This document shows positions 43,167 through 52,803 of a stretch of 64,000 bases of DNA, one piece after another. The notes under the pieces were generated by a model. That model searched no databases. It was not told the DNA's origin and saw only the letters and a program-made list of their open reading frames with translations. Position numbers and translations under genes: made by a program. How positions within the stretch are numbered: the first letter of the stretch is position 1; every line of letters starts with the position of its first letter. Origin of the DNA: an uncultured Bacteroidales bacterium (lineage in GTDB: Bacteria; Bacteroidota; Bacteroidia; Bacteroidales; Marinilabiliaceae); NCBI GenBank assembly GCA_937892095.1, contig CALAVC010000224.1, forward strand, positions 49,893 to 113,892. Direction: 5' to 3'.

Positions 43167-44636
43167 ATGAAACTATTTCAAACGATGAAACACACACATC
43201 TTATTGTTTGCATAAGTGCTTTGCTTGGCACCATGTGTGCCAACGCTCAAAAGACTGATATTGAAGTTCGTGTCGACGGCAACTACAAAGGGCAGCCAGT
43301 CGTACTCGGCTACTACTTCAACAATAAAATGCTGGTCAAAGACACCGTCATGACCGACAATAAAGGCATAGCACACTTCCGACCCTCCGAACCCTACAAA
43401 GAAGGCATATATATCCTCCACTTCCCCAAAAACGGTTGCTTGCTCGATATGCTTATGTCTGCCGACCAACAATTCACCGTTCGTACCGACACCGCACAAG
43501 GTGCTCTCAGTCGGATGAAGATAACAGGCAGTCTTCCCACCGAACGATTCCTTACATATCAGCACTATATGAACGGCATGCAAAAACGCAACTCCGAACT
43601 GCGCAATGCCTACAAACTTGCACAGTCCGATGCTGAAAAGAAAAAGATAAGCGACCAGTTCGACCAAATGCAAGCCGACATTAAAGCCTACAACGAAAAG
43701 ACTATACAAGAAAATCCCGACAACTTCATCAGCCGATTTCTCCTTGCACTCAAAGATGTCGACATCCCAGAATTTCAATACCCCAACACCTATACCGCAG
43801 CTCAGCGCGACTCGGCCAAACGTGTCAAAAGCTACTACTACTATCGTCAGCACTTCTACGACAACTACGACCTGACCGACGACCGATTGCTTCGCACTCC
43901 ATTCTTCTGTGGCAAGATAGATAAATATTTTCAAGAGACTCTGCCACAAATCCCCGACACCGTAGCCGACGAAGCCATTAGGCTCATCGAGCAATGTCGA
44001 CCGAACAAAGAAATGTTTCAATTCTTTGTCTCTACGCTCTACAACATGACCAACCAGAGCAAAATAATGGGCATGGACGCAGCTCTTGTACGTCTTGCCG
44101 ACAAATATTATCTAAGTGGTGAAGCCGATTGGGCCGACAAAAAATTTATCGACGACCTACGTGAGCAAGTCGATGGCATACGCTACACCCTTGTGGGGCT
44201 CAAAGCTCCCGACTTACGCATGCCATCTGCCGACGGACAGTGGTACAAGCTATCCGAGGTACGTGCACCCTACACCATACTCGCTTTTTGGGAACCCTCG
44301 TGCGGACACTGCAAAAAAGAAATCCCTAAGCTCAACGACGTCATTTGGAAAAAATATGCAAAGCATGGCGTCAAGATATTCGCCGTCTACTGCCAAGTAG
44401 ACGAAAAACCATGGAAAGAATTTATCGACGAACACAACTTAGACGAGTGGATGAACGTTTGGGACCCCTATGGACATAGCCACTATCGCAAGTACTACAA
44501 CATAAAGAGTACACCCACATTCTTTGTTCTCGACGAGACTAAGACCATTGTGGCAAAAAAACTCGGGGTCGAGCAAATAGACGACTTCCTTGCCCACATG
44601 CTTGGACTTGCCACCGACTCCGACAATGAAAAATAA
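43167..44636 (+). CDS. TlpA/AhpC-type thioredoxin-fold protein with a long N-terminal domain (secreted thiol:disulfide oxidoreductase-like)
   Basis: Signal peptide MKLFQTMKHTHLIVCISALLGTMCANAQ. The C-terminal redoxin domain has FWEPSCGHCKKE (CxxC). Confidence 0.75.
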   Translation: MKLFQTMKHTHLIVCISALLGTMCANAQKTDIEVRVDGNYKGQPVVLGYYFNNKMLVKDTVMTDNKGIAHFRPSEPYKEGIYILHFPKNGCLLDMLMSADQQFTVRTDTAQGALSRMKITGSLPTERFLTYQHYMNGMQKRNSELRNAYKLAQSDAEKKKISDQFDQMQADIKAYNEKTIQENPDNFISRFLLALKDVDIPEFQYPNTYTAAQRDSAKRVKSYYYYRQHFYDNYDLTDDRLLRTPFFCGKIDKYFQETLPQIPDTVADEAIRLIEQCRPNKEMFQFFVSTLYNMTNQSKIMGMDAALVRLADKYYLSGEADWADKKFIDDLREQVDGIRYTLVGLKAPDLRMPSADGQWYKLSEVRAPYTILAFWEPSCGHCKKEIPKLNDVIWKKYAKHGVKIFAVYCQVDEKPWKEFIDEHNLDEWMNVWDPYGHSHYRKYYNIKSTPTFFVLDETKTIVAKKLGVEQIDDFLAHMLGLATDSDNEK

Positions 44637-45651
44637 TACCGTGAAGTCTGCCACGCCACAAATATTACAAGCCATAGGTCTGTTTGCAATGTCAGCTTTG
44701 CTGAGTGCAACTTGTACATCGTGCAAAGAAGACGACTACGACACCCGAGAACCAAAGATATATTTCAGTAGCGATGGTAAATATCTCATCGGTCCGACCG
44801 ATACACTCGTTCTTACTCCTCGTATACTCTACGACAACGGCAGTGGCTACACTTGGCAAGATAAGCAGACTAGCAACATTATCAGCAACGACATTAATCT
44901 GACCTTTACTTCCACAGCCCTCTGCGACTACAATTTCCTCTTTGCCGTCGATAACGGCAACGGACAAGACACTGCCAGCGTCTTTATTCGCGTTGCAGTG
45001 CTCTCCGAAGCTGATAGCGTCTGCAATTGCACCACATCGACCAAGAAACTCTATCTGCAACCCGACACATTGTCAGGAGCTTTCGTGTCTAAGGGCATTG
45101 TATGGAATAACGTCATCAATGCCGACACGACAGCTTGGGTTGGCTTCGCACTCTGCAATCGTACAACCATAGACAACAGTATCGGCACAAGCACTCTTGG
45201 CACAGCCTATATCAATGGCACCACAAGCACTAATGCCTACTTTGCGGTCAATGCCTCCGACTCGATGGCCAAAGTCGTTTTCCCTTCTCGCACCTACTCG
45301 CCCATTAGCATAGACATTGCCAACGACAACCTTATGTTCCTTGCGAGCAAATTTGGCATGACAACCACCGACTCTGTCTTTATCAGTCCAGCCTCGCAAG
45401 GCGACTACTTCCGTGTCTTCATCGAAGGTATTGATGCTAATGGGATGACAAATGGCAACCGAGCCTCGTTCGACCTCATAGAGTGTTCGTACGACAACCC
45501 CGCCAAGTACGTTCGCCATGCAGATTGGACAACCATCAGTCTGCGCACACTCGGTCAGTGTAATGGACTATTGATGAGCATCGAGAGCAATCGTTCCGAG
45601 TGGATAAGCTTGCCATTCTTTTGTGTCAACAACCTAATCTTGCAAGACTAA
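44626..45651 (+). CDS. lipoprotein, unknown family
   Basis: The ATG at 44626 gives MKNNTVKSATPQILQAIGLFAMSALLSATCTSC, containing a lipobox. The ~340-aa sequence is beta-rich. It overlaps the upstream gene by 11 nt. Confidence 0.65.
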   Translation: MKNNTVKSATPQILQAIGLFAMSALLSATCTSCKEDDYDTREPKIYFSSDGKYLIGPTDTLVLTPRILYDNGSGYTWQDKQTSNIISNDINLTFTSTALCDYNFLFAVDNGNGQDTASVFIRVAVLSEADSVCNCTTSTKKLYLQPDTLSGAFVSKGIVWNNVINADTTAWVGFALCNRTTIDNSIGTSTLGTAYINGTTSTNAYFAVNASDSMAKVVFPSRTYSPISIDIANDNLMFLASKFGMTTTDSVFISPASQGDYFRVFIEGIDANGMTNGNRASFDLIECSYDNPAKYVRHADWTTISLRTLGQCNGLLMSIESNRSEWISLPFFCVNNLILQD

Positions 45652-45667
45652 GAGTCAACGCCCCACA

Positions 45668-46222
45668 ATGACAAAAGATTTCTTTCGACTGTTCTGGTCG
45701 TTCTTCAAAATAGGTTTTTTTACTTTTGGTGGTGGGCTGGCCATGATTCCGTTCATCGAAGAGGAATTTACCAAAAAACTTAGGTGGCTCACGTCCGATG
45801 AGATGAGCGAACTCGTTCTGTTAAGTCAATCACTTCCGGGCGTCGTGGCAGTCAATGTCAGCATACTGATTGGTCAGAAGCGTGCGGGCGTTTTAGGGTC
45901 GGTGGCGGCAGCCCTTGGCACAGTCTTGCCAGCCCTACTCTCCATTGTGCTCATACTCTGTCTGCTACGTGGCTTTGAAGACAATCGCTACGTCCGCATG
46001 GTCTTTACGGGCATAAAGGCTGCCAGTGCCGCTCTAATCCTTCACACGGTTTGGCGTCTCGGTCGGCGAATTGTCGGCACAACCTTTGCCGACATAGTTG
46101 CTCTCGGCAGTTTTATTATGGTGTCTTGCGACATCTCGGCTGGTTGGGCAATAGTTGTCGGAGCACTCTGTGGACTTGTTTTCTACAACTTCTACATCGT
46201 AGGCAAAGGAGGGCGCGTATGA
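45668..46222 (+). CDS. chromate transporter family protein (first half-size subunit)
   Basis: 184 aa. FFKIGFFTFGGGLAMIPFIEEE is the CHR-family signature. Confidence 0.85.
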   Translation: MTKDFFRLFWSFFKIGFFTFGGGLAMIPFIEEEFTKKLRWLTSDEMSELVLLSQSLPGVVAVNVSILIGQKRAGVLGSVAAALGTVLPALLSIVLILCLLRGFEDNRYVRMVFTGIKAASAALILHTVWRLGRRIVGTTFADIVALGSFIMVSCDISAGWAIVVGALCGLVFYNFYIVGKGGRV

Positions 46223-46806
46223 ACTACTTTTTGCTCTTCATTGTATTCTTCAAAGTTGGCTTGCTTGGTTTTGGTGGCGGATATGCCATTCTCCCACTCA
46301 TATATCAAGACATACAATCGTTCGGGCTAATGAGTGCCTCCGAGTTCTCCGACCTTGTGGCTCTGTCGCAAGTAACCCCCGGACCCATAGCCATCAACGC
46401 AGCCACCTACGTCGGCTTCAAGGTTAGCGGACTCGTGGGTGCTTTTGTAGCCACAGCTGGTGTCGCACTGCCATCGCTCATTCTTTGCATGATAGTGATG
46501 TCGGTCATCGACCGCTTCAAGCAAAGCCCAGCTGTGCAAGGCATACTCTATGGCATACGCCCTGCCACGGTCGGCCTTATGGCAAGTGCTTTCGTCTTCA
46601 TGGCGCAAGCTGCTTTGTGGCCCATGTGGAGCAGTGTCCGCTCGTGGACCGAGAACATGCAAAGCCCCGACCTTATTGCTTGCATAATCTTTGTGCTTAC
46701 CTACGCACTCATCCTTACCCGACGCATAGGAGCCATCGTCCTTACTCTCTTGGGCGGATTGCTGGGCATCTTATTTAGTTTATTGGCACCACTCTTTGGC
46801 GCATGA
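46219..46806 (+). CDS. chromate transporter family protein (second half-size subunit)
   Basis: The internal ATG at 46219 (ATGA overlap with the upstream stop) gives MNYFLLFIVFFKVGLLGFGGGYAILPLIYQD. Length is 195 aa. Confidence 0.85.
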   Translation: MNYFLLFIVFFKVGLLGFGGGYAILPLIYQDIQSFGLMSASEFSDLVALSQVTPGPIAINAATYVGFKVSGLVGAFVATAGVALPSLILCMIVMSVIDRFKQSPAVQGILYGIRPATVGLMASAFVFMAQAALWPMWSSVRSWTENMQSPDLIACIIFVLTYALILTRRIGAIVLTLLGGLLGILFSLLAPLFGA

Positions 46807-48764
46807 CACGACACTTACATCTACACACAATCCTATTCTATCTACTTGCATTTTTTTTGTCAATCCGTGCAAGCGCACAACTCGTCAGACTATCCGACCA
46901 TTCGCAACGTGTGTTGGTCATAACCAGCTATTCTCCCGATGGCAGTAGTACAGCTTCTGTTGTCAGAGACTTCGCCGACCGTTGCGAAGCCGTCGGTATC
47001 CGACCCGACATTAGCATGGAAAGCCTCAACTGCGACAGGTTCTCCGATGTCGTACGTTGGCGAACTCGCATACGCAAAATACTAAGTAAGTTTCGCGCCG
47101 AAAACAATCATCCCGATGTGCTTCTCCTCCTCGGACAAGAAGCCATGTCCACATATCTTAGCATAAACATATCCGAACTGCCCGAAGTGCCAGTCATTTG
47201 TGGCATGGTCAGTCGCAACTATGTTGAGCTACCCTCCGACAGTCAGAACCTCAGCACTTGGGAACCCGAAAGTCGCGACGTAAGCGAAGTTGGCAACCTC
47301 TACAACATCGTAGGTGGATATTTCTATCAATACGACCTCGACGTCAACATGGGGCTCATCAGCCGCTATTTCCCACACGTGCGCCACGTTGGAGTGCTTA
47401 CCGATAATAGCTATGGAGGCGTTTGCATAAAAAGCTACATCGCAGACCAGTCCAGAAAACATCCCAACCACGATTTCCTCTACTTAGACGGGCGAAACCA
47501 GACCATACTCGACGTAGCCGACAGCATATCGCACATGCCCGACAGCACAGCACTGCTGATAGGCACGTGGCGTTTCGACAAGAACAATCGTTTCTACCTC
47601 AACTCCTCAATAGCCATGCTCCGGTCCGACAATCCAGACATACCTGTCTTCACACTTACCGACACAGGCATTCGCGATTGGGCCATCGGCGGCTACACTC
47701 CAGAATATCACAACGTCGGCAGCGAACTGGCCGATGCTTTGCGCTACTACATCGAAACAGGCAAGTCGAAGTTTAACTATGTCTCCAGTGGCTACGTCTT
47801 CAACTATCATGCCCTCATGCGCTTCGACATCGACGAAGACCTCTTGCCACACAACAGCCGCATTGTCGAACGCCCCGAATCGGTTTGGGACTCCTACAAA
47901 GTGTACGTCATTGGCATATTGCTCACCGTGATAGTACTTTCGGCACTACTCGTCTGGACCACACACCAAATGCACAAAAATAAGCGTCTGAAAGCCGAAC
48001 TCGAAAAGAGTCATAGGGAACTTCGCGAAGCCAAGAATCGGGCCGAAAACGTATCCATGATGAAGTCCAGTTTTCTTGCCGACATAAGTCATGAACTGCG
48101 CACGCCTCTCAATGCCGTCGTAGGCTTTGCCGAGGTCATTACCAACAACGATCAGCTAACTGCCGACGAGCGACGCAACATAATGGAAATTGTTGGCAAG
48201 AACAGCAAGTTGCTCACAAGCCTACTCACCGACATTCTCGACATCTCTCGAATTGAGTCGGGGCGCGTCAAATACAACATCAACGAATGGGACGTGGCCG
48301 AAATATGTCGCACGTCCATAGCCTCGGTCCGCATGGCGCAAGACACTCACGGACTCGACCTGCGATTTGAAACCGACCTTTGGGCTTGCCCACTAATGAC
48401 CGACCGCGAAAGACTGCAACAAGTCGTGGTCAACCTCATCGGCAACGCCGTCAAGTTTACCGACCAAGGGCACGTAACCATTAGCCTCAGTCGGACCGAC
48501 GACAATCAAGTCCAGATTGCCGTCAGCGACACTGGGCGAGGCATACCGCCCGACAAAGCCGAAGACGTCTTCCGACGCTTTGTCAAGCTCGACGAATATT
48601 CCATCGGCACCGGACTCGGATTGTCGCTCTGTCGCATGATTGTCGAAAACTTTGGCGGCAAAATATGGGTCGACACAAGCTATGTCGATGGAGCAAGACT
48701 AGTCGTCCGACTTCCGCAGCTAAAAATCGAAATCGGCGAACGTGAGGTCGAGACATCCTACTGA
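46803..48764 (+). CDS. sensor histidine kinase with a large periplasmic domain (no receiver domain, no adjacent response regulator)
   Basis: Signal/TM, then a ~350-aa extracytoplasmic region, then TM VYVIGILLTVIVLSALLVW. H-box FLADISHELRTPLN, N-box LIGNAVKFT, G1 DTGRGI and G2 GTGLGLS. Confidence 0.88.
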   Translation: MTRHLHLHTILFYLLAFFLSIRASAQLVRLSDHSQRVLVITSYSPDGSSTASVVRDFADRCEAVGIRPDISMESLNCDRFSDVVRWRTRIRKILSKFRAENNHPDVLLLLGQEAMSTYLSINISELPEVPVICGMVSRNYVELPSDSQNLSTWEPESRDVSEVGNLYNIVGGYFYQYDLDVNMGLISRYFPHVRHVGVLTDNSYGGVCIKSYIADQSRKHPNHDFLYLDGRNQTILDVADSISHMPDSTALLIGTWRFDKNNRFYLNSSIAMLRSDNPDIPVFTLTDTGIRDWAIGGYTPEYHNVGSELADALRYYIETGKSKFNYVSSGYVFNYHALMRFDIDEDLLPHNSRIVERPESVWDSYKVYVIGILLTVIVLSALLVWTTHQMHKNKRLKAELEKSHRELREAKNRAENVSMMKSSFLADISHELRTPLNAVVGFAEVITNNDQLTADERRNIMEIVGKNSKLLTSLLTDILDISRIESGRVKYNINEWDVAEICRTSIASVRMAQDTHGLDLRFETDLWACPLMTDRERLQQVVVNLIGNAVKFTDQGHVTISLSRTDDNQVQIAVSDTGRGIPPDKAEDVFRRFVKLDEYSIGTGLGLSLCRMIVENFGGKIWVDTSYVDGARLVVRLPQLKIEIGEREVETSY

Positions 48765-48831
48765 CACTCGGTAAGATTTTAACATAAGAATAACTAACTT
48801 TGAAAAAAATAATATTTCACCAAGTTTTCTG

Positions 48832-51800
48832 ATGAATAAATATAAACTAATCAACAACGTAACTGGCTGGATAGCCTTTACCATTGCAGCCATTACCTAC
48901 ATCCTCACCACCGAAGCTTCGGCCAGTTTTTGGGACTGTGGTGAGTTTATAGCCACAGCCGATAAGCTACTCGTCGGACACCCACCCGGAGCCCCACTCT
49001 TTATGATTATGGGACGCTTCTTTGCCATTCTTGCTCCAAGTCCAGAACTCGTAGCCAAGTTTATCAACGTAATGTCGGCACTCGCAAGTGCTTTCACCAT
49101 ACTTTTCCTTTTTTGGACCATCACGCACCTCGGACGCAAGATATTCATCGACGGCAACGATGCCGACCAAGAGCCTTGGCGCATTTGGGCAGTCATGGGT
49201 GCAGGTCTTGTCGGTGCTCTCGCCTACACTTTTTCCGACACCTTTTGGTTCTCTGCTGTCGAAGGTGAAGTCTACGGCATGAGTTCTCTCTTCACTGCAG
49301 CCGTCTTCTGGCTCATCCTGAAGTGGGAAAATCAGGCCGACGACCCACATGCCGACCGCTGGATAATACTCATAGCCTATCTTATGGGTCTTTCCATTGG
49401 TGTCCACTTGCTCAACTTGCTTTGCATACCAGCCATCGGTCTCGTCTACTACTACAAGCGCTATACGCCCACCACTCGTGGCACCATATATGCTCTGCTC
49501 GTCTCGTGCGTCTTCCTTGGTGCCATTCTCTATGGCATAATCCCCGGACTCGTCAAGATTGCAGGTGTCTTTGAGTTGCTCTTCGTCAACGGACTCGGAT
49601 TGCCCTACAATACGGGTGCCATCTTCTGGATGCTACTTCTTTTGGGTGCCACCGTTTGGGGCATCTACTACACTCATGTCAATGGGCGTCGCACTGCCAA
49701 CCTTATAGTTAGCTCTTTTGCCGTCATCGTGCTCGGCTACTCGTCTTTCGCCATGGTGGTCGTCCGCTCGGCAAGCGACCCCACAATGGACCAAAACTCA
49801 CCAGACAACGTCTTCGACCTCATCTCATATCTCAACCGTGAGCAATATGGCGACCGACCACTCTTCATGGGGCAAACATTCGTCTCGCCACTCGACCGAC
49901 GTGCCTCGCACGAAGATGGCGACCCCATATACGTTAAGCGCAACGGACGCTACGAGATAGTCGACCATAAGCCCGTCTACCACTATCAGGCGCAAATGCT
50001 ATTCCCTCGCATGTATAGCTCCGAAGACCGACACGTACAGGCCTACAAAAATTGGTCCGACTATAAAGGCACGCCCGTAGGTGTTACCGACGAAGACGGC
50101 AAACGTTCTACGGTTATGCGCCCTACGATGTGGGAAAACATAAAGTTCTTCTTTAAATATCAAGTCGGCTTTATGTATTTGCGCTACTTTATGTGGAACT
50201 TCTCAGGTCGACAAAACGACATTCAGGGACATGGCGAACTGACGCATGGCAACTGGATAACTGGCATTAGCTTTATCGACAACGCCATGCTTGGCGACCA
50301 AGACCTGCTTCCCGACAGCCTTCGTAACAACAAAGGACACAATGCCTACTTTATGCTTCCGCTCATCCTTGGTCTGATAGGTCTCTTTTTCCAATGGGGA
50401 CGTGGTCAAGCTGGTCGACAAGGCTTCTGGATCGTTCTGTTGCTCTTCTTCATGACTGGTCTTGCCATAGTACTATACCTAAATCAGACACCTTTCCAAC
50501 CACGCGAACGCGACTATGCCTATGCTGGTAGCTTCTATGCCTATGCAGTATGGATCGGTTTGGGTGTCCTATCAGTTGTCGAGCTACTGCGCAAATACAT
50601 CGGTGGCAAGACCTCTGCCATTGTTTGCACAGCGTTGCTACTCATCTGTGTCCCCGGAGTCATGGCTCAGCAAAACTGGGACGACCACGACCGCAGCGGT
50701 TGCACCATAGCACGCGACATAGCCTATAACTACCTTGCTTCGTGCGACGAAAATGCCGTCATCTTTACCAATGGCGACAACGACACCTTCCCACTTTGGT
50801 ATATTCAAGAAGTCGAAGGCGTTCGCCCCGATGTCCGCATCTGCAACCTATCCTATTTGCAGACCGAATGGTACGTCGACCAAATGAAGCGCACAGCCTA
50901 CCAGAGTCGCCCTCTGCCCATCAGCTTTACTCACGAACAATACACTCACGACCGCGACATTATCTACCTTCTCGGTCGCACCGATGAGTTTGTTAGCCTC
51001 AAAGACGCTCTCGACTTCGTACGCTCCGACGACCCTCGCACCAAGAGCATCCCCGAATACTCTGGTCGCTTGTGCTTCATTCCTGCCAAGAAGTTCAAGT
51101 TGGCTGTCGACACTGCTGCCGTCATCGAAAACAACGTAGTGTCGCCCGCTCGCCAAAGTCTGTTGCAAAAAGAAATGCGCATAAGCGTCTCAAGTAGCTA
51201 CATGACCAAAGCCCAACTTATGGTCTACGACATGTTGCAGTCTGCCAATTGGAGCCGACCTCTCTACTATGCCGTAACCGTCGGGCGCGAAAACCACTAC
51301 GGACTTGCTGGCTACTTCAACCTCGAAGGATTGGCTTTCCGCATTGCGCCCATCTACACCATGCCCAACGAACAGACTGGCGAGATTGGTTCGGTCGATA
51401 CCGAAAAGATGTACGACAACGTGATGAACAAATTCCGTTGGGGCTTCTACAACAAAGAAGGATTATACCTCGACGAAAACAAGACGCGTATGGGCACCAA
51501 CCTTCGCAACTACCTTACACGCCTTGCCTCCGAATTGCTCAACGAAGCCGACGCTCAGCCACAGAATAAAGTCGAAAAGACTCATAAGGCAATCGCCGTA
51601 CTCGACAAGATTCAAGAAGAAATACCCTCGTCGGCTGTCGCCCACAACTTCTTCAGTCTCGAACTGGCCGAAGATTACTATCGTGCAGGACAACCCGACA
51701 AAGGCGACCAAATCATTAACGAGTTTGCCACTGAGAACCTCAAGGAACTCAACTACTACATCTCGCTCGGAAGCCATGCCAGCAGTATGTATGAAAGCAT

Positions 51801-51933
51801 TCGTCGTTGCTTTGCCATATATGGCGAAATTGCTCGCTCACTCGACAAATACGGTCGCACAGAACTCGACGAGGCTCTCCGCTCTCAATATGAACCAACA
51901 GAACCCTTCTTGCAACAACTTTTCCAACGCTAA
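48832..51933 (+). CDS. DUF2723-family membrane protein (GT-C-fold glycosyltransferase-like, TMEM260-related)
   Basis: 1033 aa. The N-terminus TTEASASFWDCGEFIATADKLLVGHPPGAPLF is characteristic of DUF2723. Many TM segments are followed by a large soluble C-terminal region. Confidence 0.8.
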   Translation: MNKYKLINNVTGWIAFTIAAITYILTTEASASFWDCGEFIATADKLLVGHPPGAPLFMIMGRFFAILAPSPELVAKFINVMSALASAFTILFLFWTITHLGRKIFIDGNDADQEPWRIWAVMGAGLVGALAYTFSDTFWFSAVEGEVYGMSSLFTAAVFWLILKWENQADDPHADRWIILIAYLMGLSIGVHLLNLLCIPAIGLVYYYKRYTPTTRGTIYALLVSCVFLGAILYGIIPGLVKIAGVFELLFVNGLGLPYNTGAIFWMLLLLGATVWGIYYTHVNGRRTANLIVSSFAVIVLGYSSFAMVVVRSASDPTMDQNSPDNVFDLISYLNREQYGDRPLFMGQTFVSPLDRRASHEDGDPIYVKRNGRYEIVDHKPVYHYQAQMLFPRMYSSEDRHVQAYKNWSDYKGTPVGVTDEDGKRSTVMRPTMWENIKFFFKYQVGFMYLRYFMWNFSGRQNDIQGHGELTHGNWITGISFIDNAMLGDQDLLPDSLRNNKGHNAYFMLPLILGLIGLFFQWGRGQAGRQGFWIVLLLFFMTGLAIVLYLNQTPFQPRERDYAYAGSFYAYAVWIGLGVLSVVELLRKYIGGKTSAIVCTALLLICVPGVMAQQNWDDHDRSGCTIARDIAYNYLASCDENAVIFTNGDNDTFPLWYIQEVEGVRPDVRICNLSYLQTEWYVDQMKRTAYQSRPLPISFTHEQYTHDRDIIYLLGRTDEFVSLKDALDFVRSDDPRTKSIPEYSGRLCFIPAKKFKLAVDTAAVIENNVVSPARQSLLQKEMRISVSSSYMTKAQLMVYDMLQSANWSRPLYYAVTVGRENHYGLAGYFNLEGLAFRIAPIYTMPNEQTGEIGSVDTEKMYDNVMNKFRWGFYNKEGLYLDENKTRMGTNLRNYLTRLASELLNEADAQPQNKVEKTHKAIAVLDKIQEEIPSSAVAHNFFSLELAEDYYRAGQPDKGDQIINEFATENLKELNYYISLGSHASSMYESIRRCFAIYGEIARSLDKYGRTELDEALRSQYEPTEPFLQQLFQR

Positions 51934-51939
51934 GAGACC

Positions 51940-52605
51940 TTGCTAAGCAAGTTAGCACATAACCTTATCATTCAGCCGCCTGAGCCCATCAGGCGGCTTT
52001 TCCCTCATTCTGTGTGGCGCATACCCACTTCCGAAAAGAAGGTCTACCTCACTTTCGACGACGGACCCATACCCGAACAAACACCTTGGGTCGTTGAGAC
52101 GCTACGTCGCTATGGTGCAAAAGCCACATTTTTCTGTGTCGGAGACAACGTCCGAAAGCATCCCGATGTCTTCCAGCTCATTCTTCAAAACGACTTCTGT
52201 CTCGGTTGCCACACCATGAACCACCTCCAACTGTGGCGAACTTCGTGGACAGAATATGAGCAAAACATACAGTTGGCTCTCGACACCATGAATTGTCCAG
52301 TCCGACTCTTCCGTCCCCCACACGGACAAATGTCGCCTTGGCGTGCTGCACAGCTTACTCGCTCTCGCTTCGACCGCATTGTCTTTTGGGACGTCATGCC
52401 CGAAGACTACAACAGACAATTGTCGCCTGCCGAAGTCTGCCAAAACCTTCTCACTCACGTTCGACCGGGGTCTATAATCGTCCTTCACGATTCCATAAAG
52501 GCTGGCGACAGAATGCGCACAGCACTTCTTACAGCTCTCGACACCCTTTCGGCCGATGGCTATGTGTTCGACGACCTAAAAAACGTATATTTACCAAACA
52601 AATAA
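51940..52605 (+). CDS. polysaccharide deacetylase (CE4) family protein; start uncertain (TTG 51940 or GTG 52012)
   Basis: VYLTFDDGP (catalytic Asp and metal-binding Asp), ATFFCVG and LGCHTMNH (His-His) CE4 motifs. Confidence 0.8.
   Translation: MLSKLAHNLIIQPPEPIRRLFPHSVWRIPTSEKKVYLTFDDGPIPEQTPWVVETLRRYGAKATFFCVGDNVRKHPDVFQLILQNDFCLGCHTMNHLQLWRTSWTEYEQNIQLALDTMNCPVRLFRPPHGQMSPWRAAQLTRSRFDRIVFWDVMPEDYNRQLSPAEVCQNLLTHVRPGSIIVLHDSIKAGDRMRTALLTALDTLSADGYVFDDLKNVYLPNK
51974..52000 (+). terminator. terminator-like hairpin just after the DUF2723 gene (inside the longest reading of the next ORF)
   Basis: Perfect 10-bp stem agccgcctga / tcaggcggct with a 5-nt loop, then ttt cc ctc. The U-tract is weak. 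Confidence 0.4.
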
Positions 52606-52617
52606 AACAAGACCATT

Positions 52618-52803
52618 ATGGACAAGCAACTTACCAAATCGTCCGACAAACTTCTTGCTGGCGTATGCAGTGGCATCGCCGAGTATCTTGGATGGGACAA
52701 AACTATTGTGCGCGTTCTCTTCGCTTGCCTCGTTCTCTTTGGTGGAAGTAGTGCGCTTATCTATCTCATTCTATGGCTCGTCATGCCTGATAAGCAAAAT
52801 TAG
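52618..52803 (+). CDS. PspC-domain membrane protein
   Basis: 61 aa. KLLAGVCSGIAEYLGWDKTIVRVLFACLVLFGG is the PspC signature, followed by a TM segment. Confidence 0.85.
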   Translation: MDKQLTKSSDKLLAGVCSGIAEYLGWDKTIVRVLFACLVLFGGSSALIYLILWLVMPDKQN

